From the NCBI GenBank assembly GCA_963675785.1, contig OY776562.1, positions 2,336,001 to 2,400,000 on the forward strand: a stretch of 64,000 nucleotides of DNA, written 5' to 3'. The stretch is from Anaerolineae bacterium. GTDB lineage: Bacteria > Chloroflexota > Anaerolineae > UBA1429. Shown piece after piece: positions 8,229-16,274 of this stretch. The notes below the pieces were generated by a model. The model was given only the letters and a program-made list of their open reading frames with translations. It ran no database searches and had not been told where the DNA came from. The first letter of the stretch is position 1. Every line of letters starts with the position of its first letter. A program made the position numbers and the translations under genes.

Positions 8229-9302
8229 AAAGCAAGGCCATCCTCTCGGAGAAGACGAATTCAAAGATTTTCGTCTTCTCCCCCTTTTGCCTAGGCCGCC
8301 ATTGGGCTGCCCAACCGTGAGAGGATCAATGCTCGGTTCCTGGCAATGGCGATTGCCGCGGGGGTCAATGCGCCGATTGTGAATGCGGCGCAGGCTAAAG
8401 AGACGGCGATGATCGCGGATTTACTGATGGGCAATGATGAGTTGGGTATCAAATACAGCAGATAAAAAGCATCTGACGAGCTGAACGTAAGAAACGGAGA
8501 ATGTCCTAAAAAGCAAGGCCATCCTCTCGGAGAAGACGAATTCAAAGATTTTCGTCTTCTCCCCCTTTTGCCTAGGCCGCCATTGGGCTGCCCAACAGAG
8601 AGACGATTAATGCGCGGTTCCTGGCGATGGCAATTGCCGCAGGGGTTAACGCCCCCATCGTGAACGCGGCGCAGGCTAAAGAGACGGCGATGATCGCGGA
8701 TTTACTGATGGGCAATGACGAACTGGGTATCAAATACAGCAGATAAAAAGCATCTGACGTGCTGAACGTAAGAAACGGAGAATGTCCTAAAAAGCAAGGC
8801 CATCCTCCCGGAGAAGACGAATTCAAAGATTTTCGTCTTCTCCCCCTTTTGCCTAGGCCGCCATTGGGATGCCCAACCGCGAGAGGATCAATGCTCGGTT
8901 CCTGGCGATGGCGATTGCGGCAGGAGTCAATGCCCCCATCGTGAACGCGGCACAGGCTAAAGAGACGGCTATGATTGCGGATTTACTGATGGGCAATGAC
9001 GAACTGGGTATCAAATACAGCAGATAAAAAGCATCTGACGTGCTGAACGTAAGAAACGGAGAATGTCCTAAAAAGCAAGGCCATCCTCTCGGAGAAGACG
9101 AATTCAAAGATTTTCGTCTTCTCCCCCTTTTGTTAAACACCGACCAAGATAGAGCAACAGACGGCTTTTGGCGATGGCAATTGCCGCAGGTGTGATAGAG
9201 AATGTCCACAAAACGGGGATATCCTCTTGAAGAGGACGAATTCAAAGATTTCGTCACCTCCACCTTTGCTTAGCCGCTATTGGGCTGCCCAACGAGAGAC
9301 GA
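8038..9302 (+). repeat. Tandem array of ~281-bp units copying the 3' end of the pterin-binding gene plus its hairpin
   Basis: Units start at 8038 (in gene, 264 bp), 8302, 8583 and 8864 (281-bp period); a degenerate, internally deleted copy at ~9145-9279 and a stub at 9280-9302. Confidence 0.95.
8248..8289 (+). terminator. Terminator-like hairpin, repeated at ~8529, ~8810, ~9091 and degenerate at ~9232
   Basis: GGAGAAGACGAA-TTCAAAGATT-TTCGTCTTCTCC followed by CCCTTTTG. Confidence 0.7.
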
Positions 9303-9424
9303 CCATGAAGAATAAACAGGCTGATGGTGCATTCGCCTGTTTCTTTGTTTGAAGGTTTCTTGTTTTCTGGTCTGCTATAATTAGTGGAAAACAGGAATAA
9401 ACAAGAGTTTGTGAGGTGAACGCT

Positions 9425-9892
9425 ATGCCGCAGATCGCTAAAGGCGGGAAATTCATCTTTGGAAAATCTCTGATTCGGGACGGCTTGAAGATTCAATTTC
9501 CGCCTCAGGCTATTGCAGAATACAACATCACCGCGGAGGGGAAAATCTATTTATTCACAGGCAGCAAGAGTACGGGCGGATTTTGTGTAACACGAAAAGG
9601 ACTGTTGTATCCATCCAAGATCGGCAATATTCTGCAAGATACGCCCGTGTTACTGAATTACGAATTGCAGGAAGGCGAGTTCGTCCCTTACAAAGGACGT
9701 TTTTACTGCTGGGTGAAGATTTTGCCCGAGGGGATGATCACACTGCCCAGACCGACGGCAGCTTTGTTGCAGGTTGAAACTGGCATGGCGCTTTTATCCA
9801 TCAGAAGCAGCGATATTGCTTTTACAATGGGGGCAAAAGGACCATTGCTAGAAAAGGCCCAGAACTATGACGGCGTAATCGACGTTTTCTAG
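9425..9892 (+). CDS. Conserved hypothetical protein, possibly with duplicated AbrB/SpoVT-like swapped hairpins
   Basis: MPQIAKGGKFIFGKS...IQFPPQA...GMITLP; GAGGTG RBS; extended -10 TGCTATAAT at 9373-9381. Confidence 0.6.
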   Translation: MPQIAKGGKFIFGKSLIRDGLKIQFPPQAIAEYNITAEGKIYLFTGSKSTGGFCVTRKGLLYPSKIGNILQDTPVLLNYELQEGEFVPYKGRFYCWVKILPEGMITLPRPTAALLQVETGMALLSIRSSDIAFTMGAKGPLLEKAQNYDGVIDVF

Positions 9893-9964
9893 TTCGCTAG
9901 ATTCCAACAACTGCGCGGGTGGGGCGAGTCAGGAACTTGTCAGTAAAGGGTAAGGGTATTGGCC

Positions 9965-10432
9965 ATGTTTCGCTATGTGCATACGAATATTGTTGCTAAA
10001 GACGCAGGAAAACTGATCGATTTTTACAAGCGTGTGCTGCACTGTAGCAGCATTGACGAAAAGCGCGATCTGCGCGGGGAATGGTTGGATGAGCTCACGA
10101 GGGTAGATGACGCTCATATCAGGGGTGAGCATCTTTTGCTGCCGGGGTATGGCGAGGATCACCCGACACTGGAGATCTTTGGCTACGACACGACGAAAGA
10201 TGCCATCCCCCAAGAGATCAATCGCCCCGGTATCGCTCACTTGGCGTTTGAAGTGGATGACGTGGAAGCCACCCTGCAAGAGATCATCCAGGCGGGAGGA
10301 AGCAGCATCGGAGAGGTGGTGACGGCAGCCTACCCGAACGGCGTGGAAGGGGTCTTTGTTTACGCACGAGACCCTGAAGGCAATATTGTCGAGCTGCAAA
10401 GCTGGAAACGGATCCAAGCCGACTCGAAATAG
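9965..10432 (+). CDS. VOC/glyoxalase family protein
   Basis: YVHTNIVAKD, PGIAHLAFEVDDVE, YARDPEGNIVELQ. Confidence 0.85.
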   Translation: MFRYVHTNIVAKDAGKLIDFYKRVLHCSSIDEKRDLRGEWLDELTRVDDAHIRGEHLLLPGYGEDHPTLEIFGYDTTKDAIPQEINRPGIAHLAFEVDDVEATLQEIIQAGGSSIGEVVTAAYPNGVEGVFVYARDPEGNIVELQSWKRIQADSK

Positions 10433-10563
10433 TGGATGCAGAGAGCCAGTACCAGGAGCCCACAGCGTAAGATGGGGTTTCTATGTTGATAGACCACAAG
10501 CGGACTCGCCGGTGAGGGCGGGGTGGCGAATACGGCAGACCCCGAGCTGAAGGGGCGCCGAGG

Positions 10564-11775
10564 TCAGTTTAGCAGGGCAGACAGCTCCGAGTAACCCTGG
10601 GCATCTGGGGCAATCTCGATACCCTGAAGACCCTGATAGATCCGAAAATGATCCAAAGCCTGAGAAAACGCACGGTTCATCTCGGACGAAGGGGCCACAT
10701 TGGGCTGCCACCACCAATTCTTGATGAGCAGGGTGTTGTTCTGGCGGTTACGGACCGGCTCGAAACGGGCCACAAAGCGATCGCCATAGAGCACGGGGAG
10801 CACGTAATAGCCGTACTCGCGCTGGGCGACGGGCTTGTAGACCTCCCAGCGATAGTCGAAATCAAAGAGAAAGCTGAGCATGTCGCGATCCCAGATGAGA
10901 TTATCGAGGGGGGCGATGAAAGAGACACGCGGGGCCTGGGTAGGCGGCTGCTGAGCCAGGGGCAGCAGGGCCTCCTCGGAGCGGCGCAGGTAATAGGGCC
11001 ACCTGGCGTCCTCGACCTCGACCTCTAACAGCTCGCCGCGCTCGGCCAGACGCTGAACCGCGGCCGTGCGCTGAGCGGCCTTGATTCCGGACATGCCCAT
11101 CCAGGGGACTCCGCCGCCGGTGCGCAGCAGGCCCACACTGCCCAGACGACGGAGGACATAGGCCTCCTGATAGGCCTCGGCGGTGGGATTGGGCTCCTCG
11201 GCAGAGACGATCTCGGTGGGAAGGTGGCGCTCGATGAGATCATAGACCTTGCGAGTGCCCACGCGGTGATGAATGACCAACTGGCCCATGGTGTGCATGC
11301 CCTCAAGGGCGGCACGAGAAACGCGGGCGGGGCCCCAAGGCCAATCCACACGCTCGTTATGGTCGAGATCGATGGAAGAGAGAGGGCCGCGCTCGGCCAG
11401 GGCCCGGCGCACCTGGGGGATGACCTCGAAAATGGCGCCGGAGCGCCTTTGCATGTGATGACGCTCACTCTCTCGCCAGCGCCCGAAAAAGGGCCAGTCC
11501 TCGACGGGGTAGAGGCAGGCCATCTTGTCCCAGCCATCCAGCAGGGCGAAATCGGTGTAGAGCAGCTCCTCCAGCAGGGCGGGCGTATAGCCAGAGACGC
11601 GCGACTGGAGGACCAGATCGGGATTGCGGCCCACCACATTGAGGGGGTCGAACTGGACGGCGCGCACGTGATGGACAAAGGCCAGAGCGCCCTCTTTGCC
11701 GCTGAGCTGCCTGGGGGGCAGCAGGTATTGGTGTAATAAGAGCAAACGACCGGCCTGTTGGCGGGTGAGCTTCAC
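10564..11775 (-). CDS. YcaQ/AlkZ family DNA crosslink-repair glycosylase (HTH_42 winged helix)
   Basis: VQFDPLNVVGRN (QxD catalytic motif), APLDNLIWDR, YRWEVYKP..QREYGYYVLPVLYGDRFVAR; GTG 11775 after GGAGG. Confidence 0.85.
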   Translation of the reverse strand: MKLTRQQAGRLLLLHQYLLPPRQLSGKEGALAFVHHVRAVQFDPLNVVGRNPDLVLQSRVSGYTPALLEELLYTDFALLDGWDKMACLYPVEDWPFFGRWRESERHHMQRRSGAIFEVIPQVRRALAERGPLSSIDLDHNERVDWPWGPARVSRAALEGMHTMGQLVIHHRVGTRKVYDLIERHLPTEIVSAEEPNPTAEAYQEAYVLRRLGSVGLLRTGGGVPWMGMSGIKAAQRTAAVQRLAERGELLEVEVEDARWPYYLRRSEEALLPLAQQPPTQAPRVSFIAPLDNLIWDRDMLSFLFDFDYRWEVYKPVAQREYGYYVLPVLYGDRFVARFEPVRNRQNNTLLIKNWWWQPNVAPSSEMNRAFSQALDHFRIYQGLQGIEIAPDAQGYSELSALLN

Positions 11776-11818
11776 GAAAACCTCCACGATTGACGGACAA
11801 CGGATACATGTTATCATA

Positions 11819-11830
11819 GAACAGATGTTC
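11819..11830. promoter_or_regulatory. LexA SOS box (Cheo-type)
   Basis: Exact GAAC-AGAT-GTTC in the ycaQ/ogt divergent intergenic region. Confidence 0.7.
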
Positions 11831-11902
11831 TTGTCTAGTGGGGACTGGAAAGATGGACAAAACCTGCTAGAGTAAGTTTATTGAAAAAAGAAAGAGGGAG
11901 CC

Positions 11903-12427
11903 ATGAGCCCAGAAGATAAGCTCGTTCGCATTCGCCGTACCATGGTGCCCAGCTCAATTGGGCTGCTGCTGGTGGCGGCCACGACCAAGGGGCTATGCTA
12001 TGTGGCCCTGGGGGATACGGAGGACGAGGTGGAAGAGGCGCTGCGCGCTGCCTACCCGCAAGCAGAGTTCACGGCGGGGGACGCCGAGCTGGCGGGCTGG
12101 ACGCAACAGGTGCTAAGTATCATCGAGGAGCCGGGGCAGCCGGTGGACGTGCCCCTAGACGTGGAAGGGACAGCCTTTCAGCAAAAGGTGTGGCGGGCAC
12201 TGCAAGAGATCCCGCTGGGGACGACGGTGAGTTACGGCGAGTTGGCGCAAAAGATCGGGGCGCCCAAGGCGGCGCGCGCCGTGGGCCACGCCTGCGCGAC
12301 GAACAAGGTAGCGCTGGTGATTCCCTGCCACCGGGTGGTGCACCAAGACGGTACGCTGGGCAGCTACTATTGGGGGCTGGCGCGCAAGAAAGAGCTGCTG
12401 CGGCGAGAGAAGGACTCCCGAGGGTGA
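11903..12427 (+). CDS. ogt: Methylated-DNA--protein-cysteine methyltransferase
   Basis: GTAFQQKVW, SYGELA, ARAVG.AC..N, IPCHRV active-site motif. Confidence 0.9.
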   Translation: MSPEDKLVRIRRTMVPSSIGLLLVAATTKGLCYVALGDTEDEVEEALRAAYPQAEFTAGDAELAGWTQQVLSIIEEPGQPVDVPLDVEGTAFQQKVWRALQEIPLGTTVSYGELAQKIGAPKAARAVGHACATNKVALVIPCHRVVHQDGTLGSYYWGLARKKELLRREKDSRG

Positions 12428-12447
12428 TGCCCTCGGGAGTTTTTTGT
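12414..12447 (+). terminator. Intrinsic terminator of ogt
   Basis: ACTCCCGAGGG-TGATG-CCCTCGGGAGT followed by TTTTTG. Confidence 0.8.
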
Positions 12448-12540
12448 TAATGGGCATTCTGCTTTGGTTGCTTGACGAAAACAGCAAGAAAACTATAGAA
12501 TGATATTAACTATCCTGTATGCCATATTCAGGAGACAAGC

Positions 12541-13977
12541 ATGGGACTATGCAAAATCTTCCAAAGTAAATCTTCCAATAAGATATCCCCTGTTTCAGAA
12601 ATAAATGAAAATAAAGATAGACAAGAATTAAGGTTTAGAGGAAATAAACTAACGCTTGTTCCATGCACCAATACTGACGGGATACGTTTCGAACGCTATC
12701 TGCTCACGCCAGACAAGAACAGCTATGAAAAGGCTGAGGAATCCATAAGTGTAGAAGATATCCGCTCATGGATTGAGCCTTGGTTAACAGCGCTTTGTCA
12801 AGCTGAGCATCTTTCTCTGCTCGTAGGATCAGGAATGACACATGCTATTCATGCCATAGCTACTGGAGATTCGCTTCCAGGAATGGGCAAACTCTCATGG
12901 GGATCCAATGATGGAATCATCCAGGATGCCTCTCTTGAGTCTGCTAAGAAGATGGGGCGAAACGAAGGAAATCTAGAAGATCAGATCAGAGTAGCAAATG
13001 AATTATTACGTGGATTTTCTATCCTAGCGAAAGGTGACAAGAGTTATGAAGAAAGGAAAGATGAATTAGAAGAAATACTGGATCAAAATTTAAAACATTT
13101 TGCCCAATCGATTCTTAAAGGCGAGAACAACTTGATTGTTGCAGATGAGAAAGAACGTCAAAAAGCCTTTAGTTACCTTATCAGCTTCTTGATGAGCTTC
13201 TCCAGTAGGACAGGAACAAGAGAGCGACTTCAAATATTCACTATTAACTATGACCGTGTCATTGAAGCTGGTGCTGACGTAGCAGGCTTGAGGCTTATTG
13301 ATCGCTTTGTGGGAGCGTTGAGCCCCATCTTCCGCTCATCACGCCTTGATATCGATATGCACTATGATCCCCCCGGAATTCGAGGAGAACCGCGCTATCT
13401 GGAAGGCGTAGCGAAATTCACCAAACTACACGGCTCGCTGGACTGGATACAATCCGGAGAAGATATTCGTCGTGTTGGCCTGCCCTTTGGCGCAACTAGC
13501 ATTGATCCATATCTACAAGTACCCGAGGCAGGATCAACATTGCCACTCATGATCTACCCAAATTCAACAAAAGATCATGAAACGGCTCTTTTCCCCTACG
13601 TTGAGCTATTTCGTGATTTTGCAGCTGCAACATGTAGACCGAACAACGTGTTGTTCACATACGGCTACAGCTTTGGCGATGACCATATTAATCGAGTCAT
13701 CGAAGACATGCTGACTATTCCATCTACACATCTCGTTATCATTTCGTATGGTGACAGCTTGGGCCGAATTACTTCTTTCTATGAAAAGCTAGGACGCAGC
13801 TCACAGATTACAGTGCTACTCGGCAATCACCTGGGGAACCTTGAATGCCTTGTAGACAACTATCTCCCCAAGCCAGCCATTGATCAAGCATCCTTTCGGA
13901 TGTCTCAATTACTCAAGAACCGTTGGGGACAAAAACAAGCCGTCCCTCCCGATGATGTAGAAGAAGAGAAATCATGA
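12541..13977 (+). CDS. SIR2-like (SIR2_2) NADase of a Sir2-HerA defence system
   Basis: LLVGSG, FTINYD, KLHGSLDW, GYSFGDDHIN motifs; ATGA overlap with herA. Confidence 0.85.
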   Translation: MGLCKIFQSKSSNKISPVSEINENKDRQELRFRGNKLTLVPCTNTDGIRFERYLLTPDKNSYEKAEESISVEDIRSWIEPWLTALCQAEHLSLLVGSGMTHAIHAIATGDSLPGMGKLSWGSNDGIIQDASLESAKKMGRNEGNLEDQIRVANELLRGFSILAKGDKSYEERKDELEEILDQNLKHFAQSILKGENNLIVADEKERQKAFSYLISFLMSFSSRTGTRERLQIFTINYDRVIEAGADVAGLRLIDRFVGALSPIFRSSRLDIDMHYDPPGIRGEPRYLEGVAKFTKLHGSLDWIQSGEDIRRVGLPFGATSIDPYLQVPEAGSTLPLMIYPNSTKDHETALFPYVELFRDFAAATCRPNNVLFTYGYSFGDDHINRVIEDMLTIPSTHLVIISYGDSLGRITSFYEKLGRSSQITVLLGNHLGNLECLVDNYLPKPAIDQASFRMSQLLKNRWGQKQAVPPDDVEEEKS

Positions 13978-16052
13978 GCTATGCTCCCTTTGAACACTTG
14001 GAGAGTCTGTGTATAGGCACAGTGGACTATGTAGCTCCTGATGAAATCAGAGTGCTCCTCGACACTGAAGCCCCTGAGACAATCGCTCTCAATGCTGGTG
14101 ACCCTCGACCATTTCCACGCGTTAATGGATACGTCTTGATTCCTGTAGATACAAGCTATTTGGTAGGACAAATCGAATGGCTTACAGTCGAACGTTCTCC
14201 TTTTCCTCAACGACAAGGCATGCGTGATTTTGGGCTAATCGACTTGCCATATCCTTTAAGAAGAATGAAGCTCAATCCATTGGGCATGTTAACAGCCCAG
14301 AGTACGCCAGACGGAGCAGCTGCCTTTAGCTTCCGACGCGGAGCGGATGCACTGCCCTCCATTGGAACGAGCGTCTTGCTTCCAACAAGCGTTCAACTCC
14401 GCTCCATCATCGAATCCGGAGAAAAGCGACACGTCAAAATTGGCACCAGTCCCTTGGCAGGAAACGCAGACGTATGCGTAGATCCAGATCGTTTGTTTGG
14501 TCGACATCTAGCCGTTTTAGGTAATACGGGCAGTGGCAAATCCTGTTCAGTGGCAGGACTTGTCAGGTGGTCATTAGAAGAAGCAAGAAGAAAAGGAGGA
14601 TGTGAGCCGAATTCCCGATTCATCATTCTAGATCCCAACGGTGAATATAAAAGCGCGTTCACTGGAGAAAATGCCCGCTTTTTCACAGCCAAAGTAGAAG
14701 AAAATGGGGACCAATTACTAAAAGTCCCAATCTGGTTTTGGAATAGTTCAGAATGGTGTAGCTTCATTGAAGCAAGTTCAAAGACACAGCGTCCCACTCT
14801 CATCCAAGCATTGCGAACTGTGAAAAGTGATCTAGTAGAGCCTGAAGAAAATCAAAGTCATGAAATGAGACGTTTCTTAAGAACGCTCGTCCAGATTCTA
14901 AGGATCGAGAAGAACAAGGGCAATCCTTGGGCAGGTTTTCCTAAATCAAAAGGATTCTATGAGCTTCTCGAAAAATGGAATTCTAGCTTAGAAGATGGAC
15001 GCGCATCTTTAGAAACACAAGAAAGTGATAAACTCGAAGAAATCTGCGATGAACTAGAAGACCTCTGTAGGCCACGTCGGAAGCAGTATGCTACTTACGA
15101 TTTTACTCTTCAAGAAATTGGCCATCTAATCGAACTCGCAAGCAACGCACATTCCCTCTTCGGCGGCAGTATAGAAGAACTAGAGCTTCTTGACGCAGAT
15201 ATTCCCCGGTATTTCTCTGGAGACTCTCTGCTCAGAAGCGTAGAAGCAACTGCCGAAATACTCAATGTTTCCGAACATGTGGAAACGCTGCTTATTCGCC
15301 TCAGAACGCTTCTAGGCAATTCCAATATAAAAACTATACTCGGAGACAAAGAAACAACTCTTGATACATGGCTAACCGATTATATTGGTTCAGAGAGAAA
15401 TCTAAATGGTTGTATCTGTATCGTAGATCTTTCATTAGTACCTAACGAAGTCATCCAGATTATTACAGCAGTTATTGCCAGAATGGTGCTCGAAGCCCTT
15501 CAACGCTATCGGAAGATGAATAAAGAGGTTTTGCCTACGGTGCTTGTTATGGAGGAAGCACACACATTCATAAAAAAATACCCCCAAGACTCTGAAAATG
15601 TCACTTCAGCAACCATCTGTTGCCAAATTTTCGAAAAGATCGCCCGAGAGGGGCGAAAATTTGGTCTTGGATTGGTTCTTTCCTCACAGCGTCCAAGCGA
15701 GCTCTCTCCAACCGTATTGTCACAATGCAATACTTTTTTACTGCACCGCATTAGTAACGACCGAGATCAGGAACTCGTGCAACGCCTTGTTCCCGATAAC
15801 TTGCGTGGCTTGCTGCGTGAGTTACCCTCACTTCCATCACAGAACGCTATATTGCTGGGCTGGGCAACAGAATTGCCTATCCTTGTCCGAATGAATGATC
15901 TGCCCGAAAATCAACGTCCCCACTCTAGTGATCCTGATTTCTGGAAAGTCTGGACTGGCGAAAGTGAAAGGTCAGTTGATTGGGAGAAGATAGCCGATGA
16001 TTGGCAAGGTGGTAACCCCGAGGGTGATGCAGAAGATTCCTCACCTGACTGA
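13974..16052 (+). CDS. HerA-like ATPase/helicase (DUF87) of a Sir2-HerA defence system
   Basis: N-terminal HAS-barrel-like region, HLAVLGNTGSGKS, ILDPNGEY, VMEEAH, IAREGRKFG, SSQRPSEL. Confidence 0.9.
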   Translation: MSYAPFEHLESLCIGTVDYVAPDEIRVLLDTEAPETIALNAGDPRPFPRVNGYVLIPVDTSYLVGQIEWLTVERSPFPQRQGMRDFGLIDLPYPLRRMKLNPLGMLTAQSTPDGAAAFSFRRGADALPSIGTSVLLPTSVQLRSIIESGEKRHVKIGTSPLAGNADVCVDPDRLFGRHLAVLGNTGSGKSCSVAGLVRWSLEEARRKGGCEPNSRFIILDPNGEYKSAFTGENARFFTAKVEENGDQLLKVPIWFWNSSEWCSFIEASSKTQRPTLIQALRTVKSDLVEPEENQSHEMRRFLRTLVQILRIEKNKGNPWAGFPKSKGFYELLEKWNSSLEDGRASLETQESDKLEEICDELEDLCRPRRKQYATYDFTLQEIGHLIELASNAHSLFGGSIEELELLDADIPRYFSGDSLLRSVEATAEILNVSEHVETLLIRLRTLLGNSNIKTILGDKETTLDTWLTDYIGSERNLNGCICIVDLSLVPNEVIQIITAVIARMVLEALQRYRKMNKEVLPTVLVMEEAHTFIKKYPQDSENVTSATICCQIFEKIAREGRKFGLGLVLSSQRPSELSPTVLSQCNTFLLHRISNDRDQELVQRLVPDNLRGLLRELPSLPSQNAILLGWATELPILVRMNDLPENQRPHSSDPDFWKVWTGESERSVDWEKIADDWQGGNPEGDAEDSSPD

Positions 16053-16274
16053 ATTCAAATTCTTACATCCTCATCAAGCCGCTGCCAGCCGCGCAGCGGC
16101 TGTTTTCTTTAGCGGCCCCACACCGAGGACCGACTTGAGAAACCAATTCAGTTGAAACATACTGAATGCAGACATCCTCGCATCCCTCCAGCGGAACCAT
16201 CCCATGCCTTTTTGCGTATACTAGAATGGCATAACCCACAAAAATAGCATAGGTATTCGAAAGGAACCCCACCC

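Noticed and set aside
8291-9263. Antisense 84-aa hydrophobic ORFs in each repeat as type I toxins
   Set aside because: They are shadows of the sense frame, start at TTG in a hairpin loop, and carry more amino-acid changes between copies than the sense frame; not fully excluded without Ribo-seq
8229-9302. CRISPR array or DGR template/variable repeats
   Set aside because: Units are 281 bp with no unique spacers and no cas or reverse transcriptase gene in the window; differences are at synonymous positions, not adenine-specific
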